DNA of 64,000 nucleotides from contig OZ210885.1 of assembly GCA_964658305.1 (NCBI GenBank), forward strand, positions 23,002,001 through 23,066,000, read 5' to 3'. This document shows positions 1 to 12,030 of this stretch, one piece after another; the first letter of the stretch is position 1, and each line of letters opens with the position of its first letter. Origin of the DNA: Leptogorgia sarmentosa. Taxonomy: Eukaryota. Made by a program: the position numbers and the translations under genes. The notes beneath the pieces were generated by a model. It was not told the origin of the DNA. It worked only from the letters and a program-made list of their open reading frames with translations, and made no database searches.

Positions 1-2429
1 TTTCTAAGTGTTTGCGTTCAAAAGCCGAGAATGTTCTTGTTTTTCGTGAAGCTAAGACATAGTAGCCATATTTTTCGGACTTGCGCAAGACAATATTTGG
101 AAGCACATAACTTTGCGAAAACGCAATAAAACATAAATCCGTCCGAGGAAGTTGAGGGGAAGTTACTTGAGAACAACATACCTCAATTTTATTTTAAAAA
201 AATTAAAAATGAGCCTCAGAACGCACTTTTTATGACACCCTCCGAATGTTTACAAATTTCGGCATTTGCGCATTCTGATTGGCTCAGAGCCTAAATGTCA
301 ACAAATGCGCTGATTGGCTGACAACGAAAATCGCCCTTGTTACACACTGCTTAATTCAGCCATATTGCCACTGCGAGAAAGAAAGGTCAAAGGTCATGGC
401 TTCCAGATATTGGAAGTCTGCCCTGATTGGTTATTGGAAAGCGAAAGGAATTTCACACTCGGATAAGCAGCCGGTGGTTGGGGGAGTGAGAACGTACACA
501 ACTGGCGGCTGCGAGGGAGACTTAAAAAGTTTACTTAAAAAACGGCAAAAACCATTTTTCCGTAATACATTTATATTGAAAATCGAACAAATGTACTTGC
601 CAGAAATCCGTGTTGACATGACGTAATGCGTAGGACAGCAAAATCGTAGGCAAATATCCCGAGTTGCACATCTATGTATAAGATTCAACAGCCGGGAAAT
701 TTGTTGCACATGCGCTAGATTGGCTTGCGTGGATCCCACGAATAATGAACTCGCGCACGAATTTCAAATGTCATGGAAGCATACAATAAGAAATTCCTAT
801 TTGCAAATAAGCGCACGCTTTTCAAAGCAAAGGTTTGCCTGAAGGCGCAACTTTTCATCCAAAATGGCTATTAATTTTATCTTCCCGGTACATATGCAAA
901 CTAAAATATGTGTGGTGGGATAGGCAAAATTTTTTGAAAACCGGCCTGGTATGGGGCCTTACGTACACACAGAATTAAAGGCTAAAATACGACATGACTT
1001 TCAAAATTTCAACAGTTTAAATTGTTCAAATCAATCAGATTTTTTTAAACAATTAAGAAAATATGTCTTGTACAGTAAAATAAATAAACCGACTACACAG
1101 CATACAAACTTTAAAAATGCTGGGCCTTAAAACATTGGCTGTCCGAACTAAACAAATGGCCATTAGGTTAGATATATTGCGAGATTTCATCACTGGGCGC
1201 AATTTTTCTAGACTCTCCTTATGGTAATTCGTAGTGCGTAAGTAGGATATGACTAGTCTGAGGCGAACTACATAACTTCCAGAAGCCACAGTAGTGACAG
1301 TACTCATTTTATACTTGGAATTTTTTGAAAAAAAAATTATTGGAGAGTGTACTTAAGGATTATGTCACTGACATCAAATTAAGATTTCATTGGTTTTTCT
1401 TTTTATTCGAGTAAGGGTTAATAACGGCACCATGGATATGAGATATCTATTGTTGGCACACACTGAACTCTAAAGCCCGTTTTCGAGTCCATTATTACTT
1501 TCATAGCTGCGGGCGAAAAATTTTGAAAAAGAAATCACTTTTTACATTCATTCGGCCTGAAGAAATTCTTTCTGAATTTTCAACTTCTTTATGACTTTTC
1601 GCTGATGAAGCTTAATTTTTCGGTGGCTAAATTTTTCGCTTGTTGTGGCCAAATATGTGAGTGGAAAACAGACATGAGAGACATCTCTTAAAGTTTACTG
1701 GGTTTACCTTACAATTAGCATTAAGGTGGGGAGCAAGTAGCGACATGGGCTTTAGCCAATCAGGTGGCATTATTTTTTCCAGCAGCGTGCATGTTGAGAA
1801 TCGAAGGGTTCCGTGACCACGTTTCACTCTCCTCTGGAAAGGTTTTGTGCCTTTTTTAGTTTTTAGTTGGTTAATTTAGTAGCAGGCAGAAGGGAACGGG
1901 CAGGTGCGGGCAGGTTGAGAGGAGAACAGAGTGACGTGCCTCATGCTCAACTGCTCATTTGTCGTTTTACAATGGATGCCACCAGTAGTTCGAAAGATGG
2001 TGAGTAGTATTAAATAGTTTTTTTATTAAATACACCGAACCTAATGTTAATGAGCCAAGTTCTTTGTTTGAGCTCATTTGCAAGGCCACATCTGTCAGCA
2101 CTGCTTTAATCAACAATAATTTTGCTATTTCCTGAAATTGTCAGCTAGTGTGTTGCTAAAATTAGTAAATTACTGTGTCACTCCGTGTGAGAATTTTAAA
2201 TAATGAAATTGTTGTGCGAGCAAGTTCGAAAATGTATAAATACTGTACTTTTGTAATTAGAAATGAAATCATAACAGGAATATGTGATTAGGGTTGTTAG
2301 CTGTCGCTCGTTGTTTCTGAGGAAAGTCTATGGACGGTAATAAACAACAGGGAGAAGCAGAAAATGACAATGTCGACCACTGGGATAGAACAAAGTTTAT
2401 CTCAACAACACAGCCATTCATAACTGCCA

Positions 2430-3548
2430 ATGCAACTCTCATCTCAGTTTGTAGTTAATCTGGCTTCAACAGCAGCAAATATTAAAATTAATTTTTTATT
2501 GTTGTATTTGTGCTTAACACAGGTTTGTTTATATTTTACTTGTTTAGGGAAGGGCTCAAATGAAGCAATAAAATGCTACATAAAGTGTGTTTCACCGATC
2601 AAAATTAAAGGAACATGCAAATATTTTAACTGTGACTTGCAAACAGCGGACGGTGAAAAACGTGCTGTTTGTTTTTCTCCGGAGAAGAAAAGTGCAATTG
2701 ATAATCTTGCCATCCAAAAAAGCCCGGTGAAAATTACGAAGTACAAATTAAGTACTAAATTTGACCGGGAAGATGTGCAAATATTCAAATTTACCGAAGT
2801 TGTACCTTTGCCAGTAGGTGAATAATTGGACTTTGAATGCCATCCACATGATACTGTAAACAGCATTGCTTCACTGTGTACCATTTCAACTGGACAACTT
2901 GTCAATGTTAAGGGAAAAGTATTTGAAATGTCACAGCCAAAAATAGTGTCAATGTCTGCTGGAACGCTTACCAAACAGGAGTGCTACATTGCTTATCCAT
3001 CAGGTTGTATCAAGGTTTTGCTTTGGGAAGAGCTAGTAGACCAAATGGAAACAGGGAAAACATATTTCCTGGAAGGTTTCCGGATTAGGAGGTATCATGG
3101 GGACATATATTTAAACAATCCAAAGGATGAAGATCAATGCAGTGTCAAAGAAGTTCCTGAATTTGCTGAACTGCAGCTTGATGATCTACATGCTGCTTTG
3201 CCTAAGCAGAAAAAGATGCGGGCAACAATCCTTGGAATTCAAACCATTACAAAAGTCATGTCATAAAGAACGTAATAAAGTGGTAAATGCACTAATAAAG
3301 AATGTAAAATGACACAAAAGTCTTCTCGATGCTGCTCTCAGTGGCATCTGAAATTGTTGATTGCAAATACCACTGACCCTAATGAGAAATACATGGTGAA
3401 TGTATACCATCATGTACTGCAGAAGTTGTTGGAATGCTGTCACATAGAAGTTGATCTCAGTACTTGCAGTGAATCTGATATTACCAGTGAGATATTAGAG
3501 ATTGATAGCGTCTATGTTGAAGTAGATCTAGGAAGTAAAAAGTTGTGA
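2430..3548 (+). pseudogene. Degenerate multi-OB-fold ssDNA-binding protein (RPA70/SSB-like)
   Basis: ORFs 2430-2825 and 2826-3266 are in one frame, separated by a single TAA. 'GQLVNVKGKV...TKQECYIAYPSGCIKVLLWEELVDQMETGKTYFLEGFRIRRYHGDIYL' has the OB-fold strand pattern of RPA/SSB DNA-binding domains. A Cys-containing third segment follows at 3270-3548. Confidence 0.6.
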
Positions 3549-4222
3549 AGAACTATGTAAACTGTTTCCTCAGCACTGATTACCACACATTCTCAGCATT
3601 GTTTAGGAATTTGCTTCCAATATCCCGTGCCTGCTGCTTTATACCTGAGTTGCCTTCTTTGGCTTCAGCACAAGCTTTGCACAGTAACTCACTCATTCCC
3701 TTTTGTGCCTTGGAAATGTACGAATCAATGTACATTGACAGGCATACACATCAAGCACATACTGAATGTCCATATTAGCTCTCCATGCTGAAAGACATGT
3801 TTGATCAAAAGTTGATCAAATGTTATGTCTAGACCCTCTTTTTGGTCATTGAGTTCTTTCTTTATTTGTTTCCATAAATCTTTCAGTATTTTAACATCAC
3901 CTTGAGAAACATTTTCAAGCGGGTGAAGTATCTGTGTTGATTGCAATTTTATGAAACAATGAAACTTTATGTCAACAAGTAAATATGTGTCCAAAAATGC
4001 GGATCTAAATCGTAATTAATCTACTTCGGACCTAATTGGGAACAAATCTAGTGATCAAAATCTAGTGATTTGAAATATTAATAGTATATTGTCAATATAT
4101 GAGCATGATGCATGTACATAGTACTTATCAGTGAAATTTTCACCTTTAGAATTCTTTGTTTTTAAATAGGAAAACTCTTAGAAAGAGCAAAGGAAAATGT
4201 TATTGCTAAAGGTTTTGAATTC

Positions 4223-4995
4223 ATGAAGGGAAAGTCTAGAGGGAAATCGGAAGGCAATAGCAGTAGTGAAGGCAACAACAAAAGAAGAAAAAGAGAAAAA
4301 GAAATTACCGATACGTCCCAAATCCTAAAAAATATTGAAGAGCAAATTGAATACAAACACCTGCGCTTGAAGAGACACAAATCCTTAAACAAGTATTTCA
4401 AATGCGATCAAATATTGGGAGAGATTATAAAGCTGCAGAATGAAAAGAAAATTTTAGAAAAACAGCTGAACAAGTGGGAAAAAAAGATGCCAAGTCGAAA
4501 TGGTACCACAACAGGAAAGACAAAGAGAACAAGACTACAGGAGAAAGCAAACGAAAAGGTGTGACAAAATCATTGGACATTGCACAAATGTTGAGGAAAA
4601 AGAGTGATGTTTCTACAAGCACATCTGCAGGAGTATCTGATTCGAATGAGTCCCTTCCAGACAATATAATTTTCAGTCCAGACGAGCGTGATGATGATGT
4701 GACCATTATTTCACCTTCAAAGTTTCCCTTAGATGATGCAAATCAGCCCCCAGCCTTCGTTGATCACGCTGATAGCGATAAAGCAGGAAGTGAATCCCCA
4801 GATTTGTTTAGCCAGCAAAATAAAGCAGCTTTCTGGGAGGAAGCAAGAAGTCGTTCCCCAGATTTGTTTGGCCAACAAATCAATGAGGATGCTTTGAATA
4901 TTGTTGGAGAGCATATTCAGGTTGAAAGCAAAGAATGTGATGATAATGGAGATAAAGAAGACCAAGTAGCAATGGATGATAAGGATTTTTCTTGA
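4223..4995 (+). pseudogene. Frameshifted uncharacterised gene (basic coiled-coil N-part, acidic tail), probable transposon accessory ORF
   Basis: Overlapping ORFs 4223-4564 and 4474-4995 join across the poly-A run near 4480. There is an internal SPDLF repeat with a 60-nt period. No family recognised. Confidence 0.35.
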
Positions 4996-5007
4996 AACCC
5001 CTTCATT

Positions 5008-6704
5008 GTGAATCCAAGAATGTTGAAGGGGAACAAATTGTTGTGTTTCGAAAGAGAGAAACGCAAGAGCTTGTCATTGCATGACAAGGTTACTGACAAC
5101 ATTTACGTTTCCAAATTTGAAGGATTAAGTCTTACTGAATATATTAATGTTTGTTGTTTCGTTTGTAATGCAAGACATAAGCAGCCATGTAAGGACTGTG
5201 AATTAAAGGTTAAAGTTGCAAAGTATATTGTTGAGCATGGCTTCATTCAATTAAGCGTCGCATTTAAGATGTCGAGTGCAAATGTTAGCTACAGCGCGAA
5301 AAATGCTCGAAGAAAACTTCTTCAGATGCTGTTGGCAGCTATTGGTGTTAGTGAGAAAAATGGGGACATATTGTATTTATCTGGTGGAAAAGAAAAGTCA
5401 CACAAGCTATAGAGTTTTCCAGACATTGCTAAACAAGACTGTAACTCGAGATACCAAACAGCACATAACAAGGAACGAAGTTAACAAGCTGCTGTATCTT
5501 GCTAAAAGCGAATCGGAGAGAGAACGCCTCAAGTATTCTATTGTCAAATCCTCTGGAATCTCCAGTACCAAAGCGAAGAAACGGTACGGTTTTGGTGACA
5601 TGAACAAGCGAATTAAACGGTTTCAGGATGCCGCCCAAATGGCACAAGATATTATGGAGTCAATAGCCAAAATTGCTCATCTCAAAGAAAAAGGATTGCT
5701 AGATGCACTGGGAATAGAACTATCTAGTGAAAGTTCGGAAAGTGATAGTGATGACGAGTTGCTAGATGACCCCAACCTGCCTGACAGAGAAGGTCCGAAA
5801 TCAGAAAATGATGATGCCATTGTCCTATCAACTGACAACCAGAAAGACGAAAGTTGTGAAGAGCTTCAAAACAATACAATTCAGCTATTGACTATTCCCC
5901 AAAATAGTGACTTCAATTGGCTCGATTTTATGAGGGTAGCAAGAGAATATGCCACAGACTTATCTGATTTTTTCTTTAAAGAACAAATTTTAAACTTCTA
6001 TCAAAAGCTACCTTTTCCTGGAATGTCTGATTCAGAGATAAATGCTGTGCTACAATCTCAAAGCATGGCGTCGGACAGGTGTTATTACGTTCGATGGGAA
6101 CAAGAAAATGGAAAAGAAAGCCACGTTCAAGAGGGTTAAAGAACATGTAGAAGAAAAATATCAAAGAAAGATTTCATATGGCACTGTGGTGCAATTATGA
6201 GCAGCCAGAAATAAAAGAAGAAGGTCAGCAGCAAGGTATCGTGGTGTGGCAAAAGTTCTTCAAAAGAGATCAAGAAAAGGATTTAACATTAAGTACAATC
6301 CGGATTTGCACTGGAGCAACGCGTTGTATTCCAGTTTAGATGCTTTACAATCTGAAGATGGAACTAATATTATCAACTTGGGGAGAGAGGATCAAGCGGG
6401 ATTTCGTTTAGACGCTCTAGCTACTCATCGTCTTCACGGCAGTCTCTGTGTCAAAGGCAAAGAAGCACTTGCAACAAGGACTGACTACGTGAATAAATAT
6501 CCATCCACCTTACAAACAACATCTTATAATTTCCCTGCAACAAAAACTACAGGAGAAATTTGCATGGGTGTGGTTAAGACCCCCGCATTATTCAGTAAAA
6601 ACTCTGCCCAACACTTAGTAGATTTAGAAGCTATTTCAAATAACGAGTACTCAAAAGCCACTTTTATTAATCCAACAACTGACAAAAGAAAAGAAATTGA
6701 TTAA
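5008..6704 (+). pseudogene. Zator/TP36-like DDE transposase remnant, 3'-truncated
   Basis: Across frameshifts it reads ISYGTVVQL*AARNKRRRSAARYRGVAKV...YNPDLHWSNALY...NLGREDQAGFRLD. This parallels the Zator/TP36 layout (basic segment, H/N-PD, then S-x-DD-x-A first catalytic Asp). The C-terminal catalytic region is absent. Confidence 0.4.
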
Positions 6705-7511
6705 TTTGATATTCTGTTTCCGCGTTTTACCCTTACCCATACACAGTACCACTTTTACATATTAAGTTTAATAAAAGCACAAACGAGATATAATAACAGT
6801 AATGTCTTTTACATTTACAAGTCAAGCCTTTGTGGTGGGCAGACATGCCTCCCACGTGAGGTGGATACACTTGTAAAAATCGCAGAAAAATTGGCGCAGA
6901 CGGCAGCTAGTAGTTCATCATCAGATTCATTTCCATTGCTGATTTCTTCTAGATCTAAACCTTCCACACAAAGATCTCGCTCATCTCTGAATACGATAAT
7001 TCAATAAGACCTTCATATATTTCTTCAGACAATTTTAGTTGGTCGCAAGTTGGCGAGAGTTGCTTCAATACTAGTTTAACAGCTTCTTTAGGGACGTTGC
7101 TACGAATTTTTTTTCCAAACAGAAATATGTCATTTTCTGATGCCTGGTAGATGAAGTTGATGTTGATCTGGAGCTATATTTACCGTAGTAACACCGAGAC
7201 AAAACGAAACTGAAGTTTGTGTCGGACATTCTTGACCCTCCCCTATACCAATATCAGAAACGGCACTCGGGTTCACTGCAAGAACTGTAAGAGGTGGAAA
7301 CAGAATGCCATTGTCAATGGGCTGACTGGGTGTTGCTGTATTGTCAGTACCATTCGTTGTGGGGATGTGCGAAGCTTGGGTGACGAGTAAAGGTTGAGGT
7401 TTTGGCTGAGGCTAAGTGTAGGCGTACAGTGGTAGTGTTCCAACATTGTCCTTTGTTGACTGGTTTCGTACTGTTACCTGTACAACAGGTTGACCATAAT
7501 TGTCCCACCAG

Positions 7512-10290
7512 TCACGAAGAACTAGTTGGTCGGACGAAGTCATCGACTTTCTTGGTAGTTGTGGAATGTTTGGAAACGTCAGAAAAGCGAAGTGTACCAC
7601 CTTCTGGCATCTCATAGTAAGATGCACGTGCTGTGTAGTAGTGGAATCTGGTATCTGTTAACTGTTTTACGTTCTCCTTCATGGCAGGACAAAAGAGATA
7701 TGCACACTCAAGGACAGTTGGAGTCTGATTCCTGGATCTCATTTTGCTAAAAAGGTGCTCCACAACCAAGGTAAGTAAAGATGCAAGGCGCACGTGAGGC
7801 ATATAATCCGCATTGATATATTTTATAGCTTTTTCAAGAGACATCAAGGAATTCAGCATCATCTCCAAGCTTCTGGCCGTTTTTGACGAAGGCACCCCTT
7901 GTGGACCTCGCAGTACACTTGTCCCTTTTCGAAGGTCGTCGGCGACTTTCTTCTCCCAGGTGTTCAATAAAGATGAAACGCCATGGACAGCTTCTATGGC
8001 TTTGTGGACAGAAAAGATTTCTGGAGGAACTGTGGGTAAATGAATAGCAAAAGTTTTACAAACAATGTCAAGTTGCTCCAAGTATTTGCTTAGCGATGAG
8101 GTAGGAGTCACTAAACACACTCTACCAACGGCGGTATCAGCAACATAAAGCGTGTTTCCCTCCATACATATGGCTGTTGGCTGCTGAAAGGAACACGAGT
8201 ACGAAGATCCGTCAAATGAAGAACTTTGCCCAGACCCTGCTACATCTCGAACTGTTCCCATGTGTAAAATGCGAACTTTGCAGGCACCTCTATCGGTAAA
8301 GAATATTGCCCCATTGTTTGCTGCTGCGATGCCATGGATCCATTCACAGCTTGATGATGCATTGGGAACAATAATGGTCGTTTCATTATTAGACAAATTA
8401 ACACAAATCAGTCCGCCTTTATCACTAGAATCAGCGAAATAGAGTTTCCCATCAGCAAATGAAATTCCATAAACTAGGGCAGAAACATCAAGTTTTATTT
8501 CTGAAAGTACTGTCCCTTTCAAAACTGTGCCATTGTTCATTACTGAAACTTGAAATATTGCATGTCTTTGCAGGTCTGATATGAACAGTAAGTCAGATGC
8601 ACATCCACAAATAGCAAGAGGAGAAACAATCGGAGCACTGATTGGGAGAGAAGTGAATTTGTTGGTAAGGCTAACATTGCAAGCGCGTTGCTTGTCAGAA
8701 ATCCATCGTCTAAGGAGATCTACTAGCTCTTTCTTTGGCATCCTGTTCATTGAAATTCCTCTTTCATTAAGAGCTTGTCGTAAGTCATCCACTCTCATGG
8801 CATTTGGCTTCAAAAAAACTGAAGAACTCAGCGGAATATAGCCAACTCTCTTGTTTCCCGTATCAGCAACGTACAGGACATCATTTACGACTGAAAGACC
8901 TTGTGGGTTCTTTAAATTAGTACCTAATTTGGTGACATCAACGGGGTAGTGCAATCTGCCTTGAAACACGCGGCATTTGGAGTTGTCAGATACGAAGAAC
9001 CTTCCTTCTGTTGTAATGCAAAGACCGGTCGGGTGCTCAATTACTCCTCTGGCGTTACCCTTATACCACCGAAGGGCCTCTGGGATCAAGGTTTGCACAA
9101 CTCATTCCACACTTGCAACCGCTACACGCACAGACTCTTTGCTGATTTTTAATAGATCTGGGGCCGGTTGTTCGTAGCCTGTTTAGCTTAAACGGCGGAT
9201 AAGTCAAATTTAAATTACACTCCCGTTCATCTTGTGAATAACTGAGCATGAATTTTAAACCCTAAACATGTAGTTGTGTACACAAGTGTTCTTTTCAGAT
9301 TGAAAATTTTTATTTTGATTGTTCAATGAACACATAGACGCGTTTGATATTTTGGACTTATCCACCGTTTAAGCTAAACGGGCTATGAACAACCGGCCCC
9401 AGGGACTGAAATTCGGTCACGATTTCTAACTGCAGACAATGTGACGTAACTTCTCATGTTACTTCGACAAGTTGAATCGTTCTCCATCTTTGTACAAGAA
9501 CCAGTTGGCAAAGCTACCCTTCAAGCATTTCCCAACATGCGTTGCTTCGGGTATTGGGAGAAGAAACTGCAACTGCGACGATAACGTGGAATCTTTCTTC
9601 ATTTGCGCAAGTTTAAGCATTGCTTGCTTGTTGCTCTCTTCACAATCAGCTGACCACATAGACACCAACAGTCTAACACACTGTATTCCCGCCGAAATGC
9701 AATGACTGCAGGCGCGGAGAGGCGCCTCAGAAAATTTATGACCATCTCATTCACAATTTTCGCACACTTCTCCACTTGAAATGCAATCTAAAAAAAAACA
9801 AGCACCTGTAAAAACAATCATTTTGACCACTGTGCTTCTACTATACCTAAGTCTATGGATGAGTCACAAGTTTGAGTTGATGAGTCTCAAATGTCACAAT
9901 ACGAGTATAATATAGCTGTAAGTCTTGTAATTTGTTTAGCAGGTCCACATCAACTTTTAGCTGCCATTTTGTAACCTGCATATCAAATAAATTATGTAAT
10001 ACTATGTATGTATGTACAAAAAAAAGCTACCGCAATTATAACGGCCCACCTTTGCAATGGCTAGCACACTCATCCCCTGATGACGTTATGACATTCATTT
10101 GCGTTTTTGTCAACGCGAGGAGGCAGTTGAGACAAATCTGCAGCTGTTTTGCTTCAGAACCCTCGAGTTGGCAGCATCTCCATCGGCCTTCTTACTGTTG
10201 TAATCGTTACCAACTGGTAATGACAACTTATTGTCAAGCGTTGTGATAACAATAGCATTAGCCTCTACGACAAAGGAATTACAGCTGCTA
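7512..10290 (-). pseudogene. Spliced P-element/THAP9-like DDE transposase with Cys-rich module and NHL-repeat beta-propeller + SAP insertion (decayed)
   Basis: Minus-strand reconstruction: exon ~10290-10050 (FVVEANAIVITTLDNKLSLPVGNDY...QLQICLNC...CASHCK), then a GT..AG intron 10049-9788 that keeps frame (K-D-CISSGEVCENC). Next come WSADCEESN, PEATHVGK and VRNRDRISVP|MITE|DLLKISKE. ORF 9098-7512 has NHL repeats (PQGLSVVNDVLYVADTGN, PTAICMEGNTLYVADT), a SAP-like MRVDDLRQALNERGISMNRMPKKELVDLL and the P-type glutamate box TLVVEHLFSKMRSRNQTPT. Confidence 0.6.
9161..9399. mobile_element. PIF/Harbinger-type MITE
   Basis: ~45-bp imperfect TIRs GGGCCGGTTGTTCGTAGCCTGTTTAGCTTAAACGG... / ...CCGTTTAAGCTAAACGGGCTATGAACAACCGGCCC, flanked by CTG (9158-9160) and CAG (9400-9402), a CWG target. 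Removing it restores the host reading frame (S-V-P-D-L-L). Confidence 0.85.
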
Positions 10291-10311
10291 CGTTTTGGTT
10301 ATCGTATATAT

Positions 10312-11002
10312 ATGTTATTTACCAGCTGGGAGGTCCGTACTGGAAAATATTTTCCAGTACAGACCGACCTAAATGGTAAATAACTTATTTCTTTTTTTCC
10401 CCTCAATGTTATGATAAAATTCGTCAAAAATTCCAGTGTTGCGAACTAGATTTTGAGATCAGTTGTGTTTGTTTACTTTGCTACTCTATCGCATGTATGG
10501 CTGCTAAACAGCCAAGACGAAGTGAGAAAAAACCCTTCAATATTGACGCATTTGCTTCAATATTGACGCTTTCCACTCAACATTACTACGAAAAAGGTAA
10601 ACTTATTAAAATTATTTATTTTCCCGTTCGTTTCACGATAGAAACATGGTTAAAATACGCTTTAGACACAGAAATATTTCACCGAGAATGTTTTGTTTTG
10701 TTCATACTGATAAGACTCTGTTGATACTTATGAGTTTTTGTCGCTGTAAATACCCCCTGAAATATCCCTTAGCATAATAAAATGAACTTTCATGTGTTCT
10801 TTATCGCCTAAATTCGTTTGGAATATTTTAATAAGCAGCCATTCAATTTTAAAAAACAAAAACATTGACTATATTTGTATTAAATCTACGAGAATACATG
10901 CGAGCGGAGCGGTTCGTACCGTAGGATACGGACCGCTCGGCAACCAATCAGAAAGCTCTATTTAGGTTACGGACCGGGAGTTACGGACCGGAAAAAAATA
11001 AT
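10312..11002. repeat. Probable non-autonomous interspersed repeat
   Basis: It starts after a TA run with TTATTTACCAGCTGGGAGGTCCGTA and ends with repeated TACGGACC motifs (reverse complement of GGTCCGTA) then AAAATAA. It truncates the P-like gene upstream. Family not assigned. Confidence 0.35.
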
Positions 11003-11084
11003 TTAATATAGTGAACAAATTTGAAATCGCTTTTAAATAAGTTCTGTCATGTTATCCACTCACTTGAGTTGTCAAATGTCAGTA

Positions 11085-11305
11085 TAGAGTTAGGATTGTT
11101 GTACTGTGGTTGTCATGCTAGGATTGTTGTGCTGAGGTTGTCATGCTAGAATTGTTGTGCTAGGATTGTACTGAGGTTGTTGTGCTGAGGTTGTCATGCT
11201 AAGATTGTCGTGCTAAGATTGTTGTGCAGAGGTTGTCGTGCTAAGATTGTTGTGCTAAGATTGTTGTGCAGAGGTTGTCTTGCTAAGATTGTTGTGCTGA
11301 GTATT
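11085..11305 (+). repeat. Minisatellite, ~14-bp units (GATTGTTGTGCTRAG / GTTGTCATGCTARG)
   Basis: Directly visible tandem variants. Confidence 0.9.
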
Positions 11306-11800
11306 GTACTTACAGTAAGTTGAATGCTGTTTATGGTTATTCATACATTACGAATATTCAATTTGGTTTCTTTTCACATCAAATAGTAGAATGTGGAATA
11401 GTTGTGGACATACAGTTGCACAAATTTATTTATTAAAATATTAGGTAAACTATCTAAGCACTATATGTATCTATATACATACACAGTTAATAAATATCAT
11501 AAAAGCTGAAGTATTTACTATTTACACTTATTTAATAATAATATAACTTTATTTAGAGAAGGTTTAAAGTATTTACAAAGAAATATGCCAGTTTAGCAAA
11601 TGCTAGTTCCACTGGGCTTTCTATAACACATAAAAGGCTAGTCTTTTTAATTCAAATTAGCCATATGGTATTGAATTCATCTGACAGGAATAATTGCTTT
11701 GAACTACTGATTGAACAATTTGAATTACAAGCCTCACTGGGACTTTTCTTTTGTAAATAAAACAAGTTTTGAGACATATCATATCGTATTCTAATAAAAC

Positions 11801-12030
11801 CTATTTGCATTTATCACAAATAAAAGTAGAGTTTTTGTTTAATTTCCTTGGAATTCGTTGGCATCCCCTGTGAAACCAATCCTGGCAAATGTCAAACTGG
11901 GCCATGAAAACACCCTTTGTGAATGGTTGTCTGCAGTGACAGAAAACTTCAAAGTTCTCCACTGTCGTAAAAATTTGGTGCTTAAGATGGGATGCTTGTG
12001 GGAAAAGGGTTAGTTCTCCTTCCCTGAAAC
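11801..12030 (-). pseudogene. PHD-finger C-terminal piece of the disrupted Ulp1-PHD gene
   Basis: FREGELTLFP...VFCHCRQP...MAQFDICQDWFHRGC...FICDKC is a C4HC3 PHD pattern with the third Cys replaced by Phe. It is fused to Pao pol sequence at ~12030. Confidence 0.75.

Noticed and set aside
1..1400. Short ORFs and possible Kolobok-type ends (GGGGCCTT at ~960, TTAAGG at ~1353)
   Set aside because: No protein motifs, and no partner TIR or TSD in the window.
7512..9098. Horizontally acquired bacterial NHL-repeat gene
   Set aside because: It connects to upstream sequence containing a spliceosomal intron and transposase-like motifs, so it is better explained as part of a eukaryotic TE gene.
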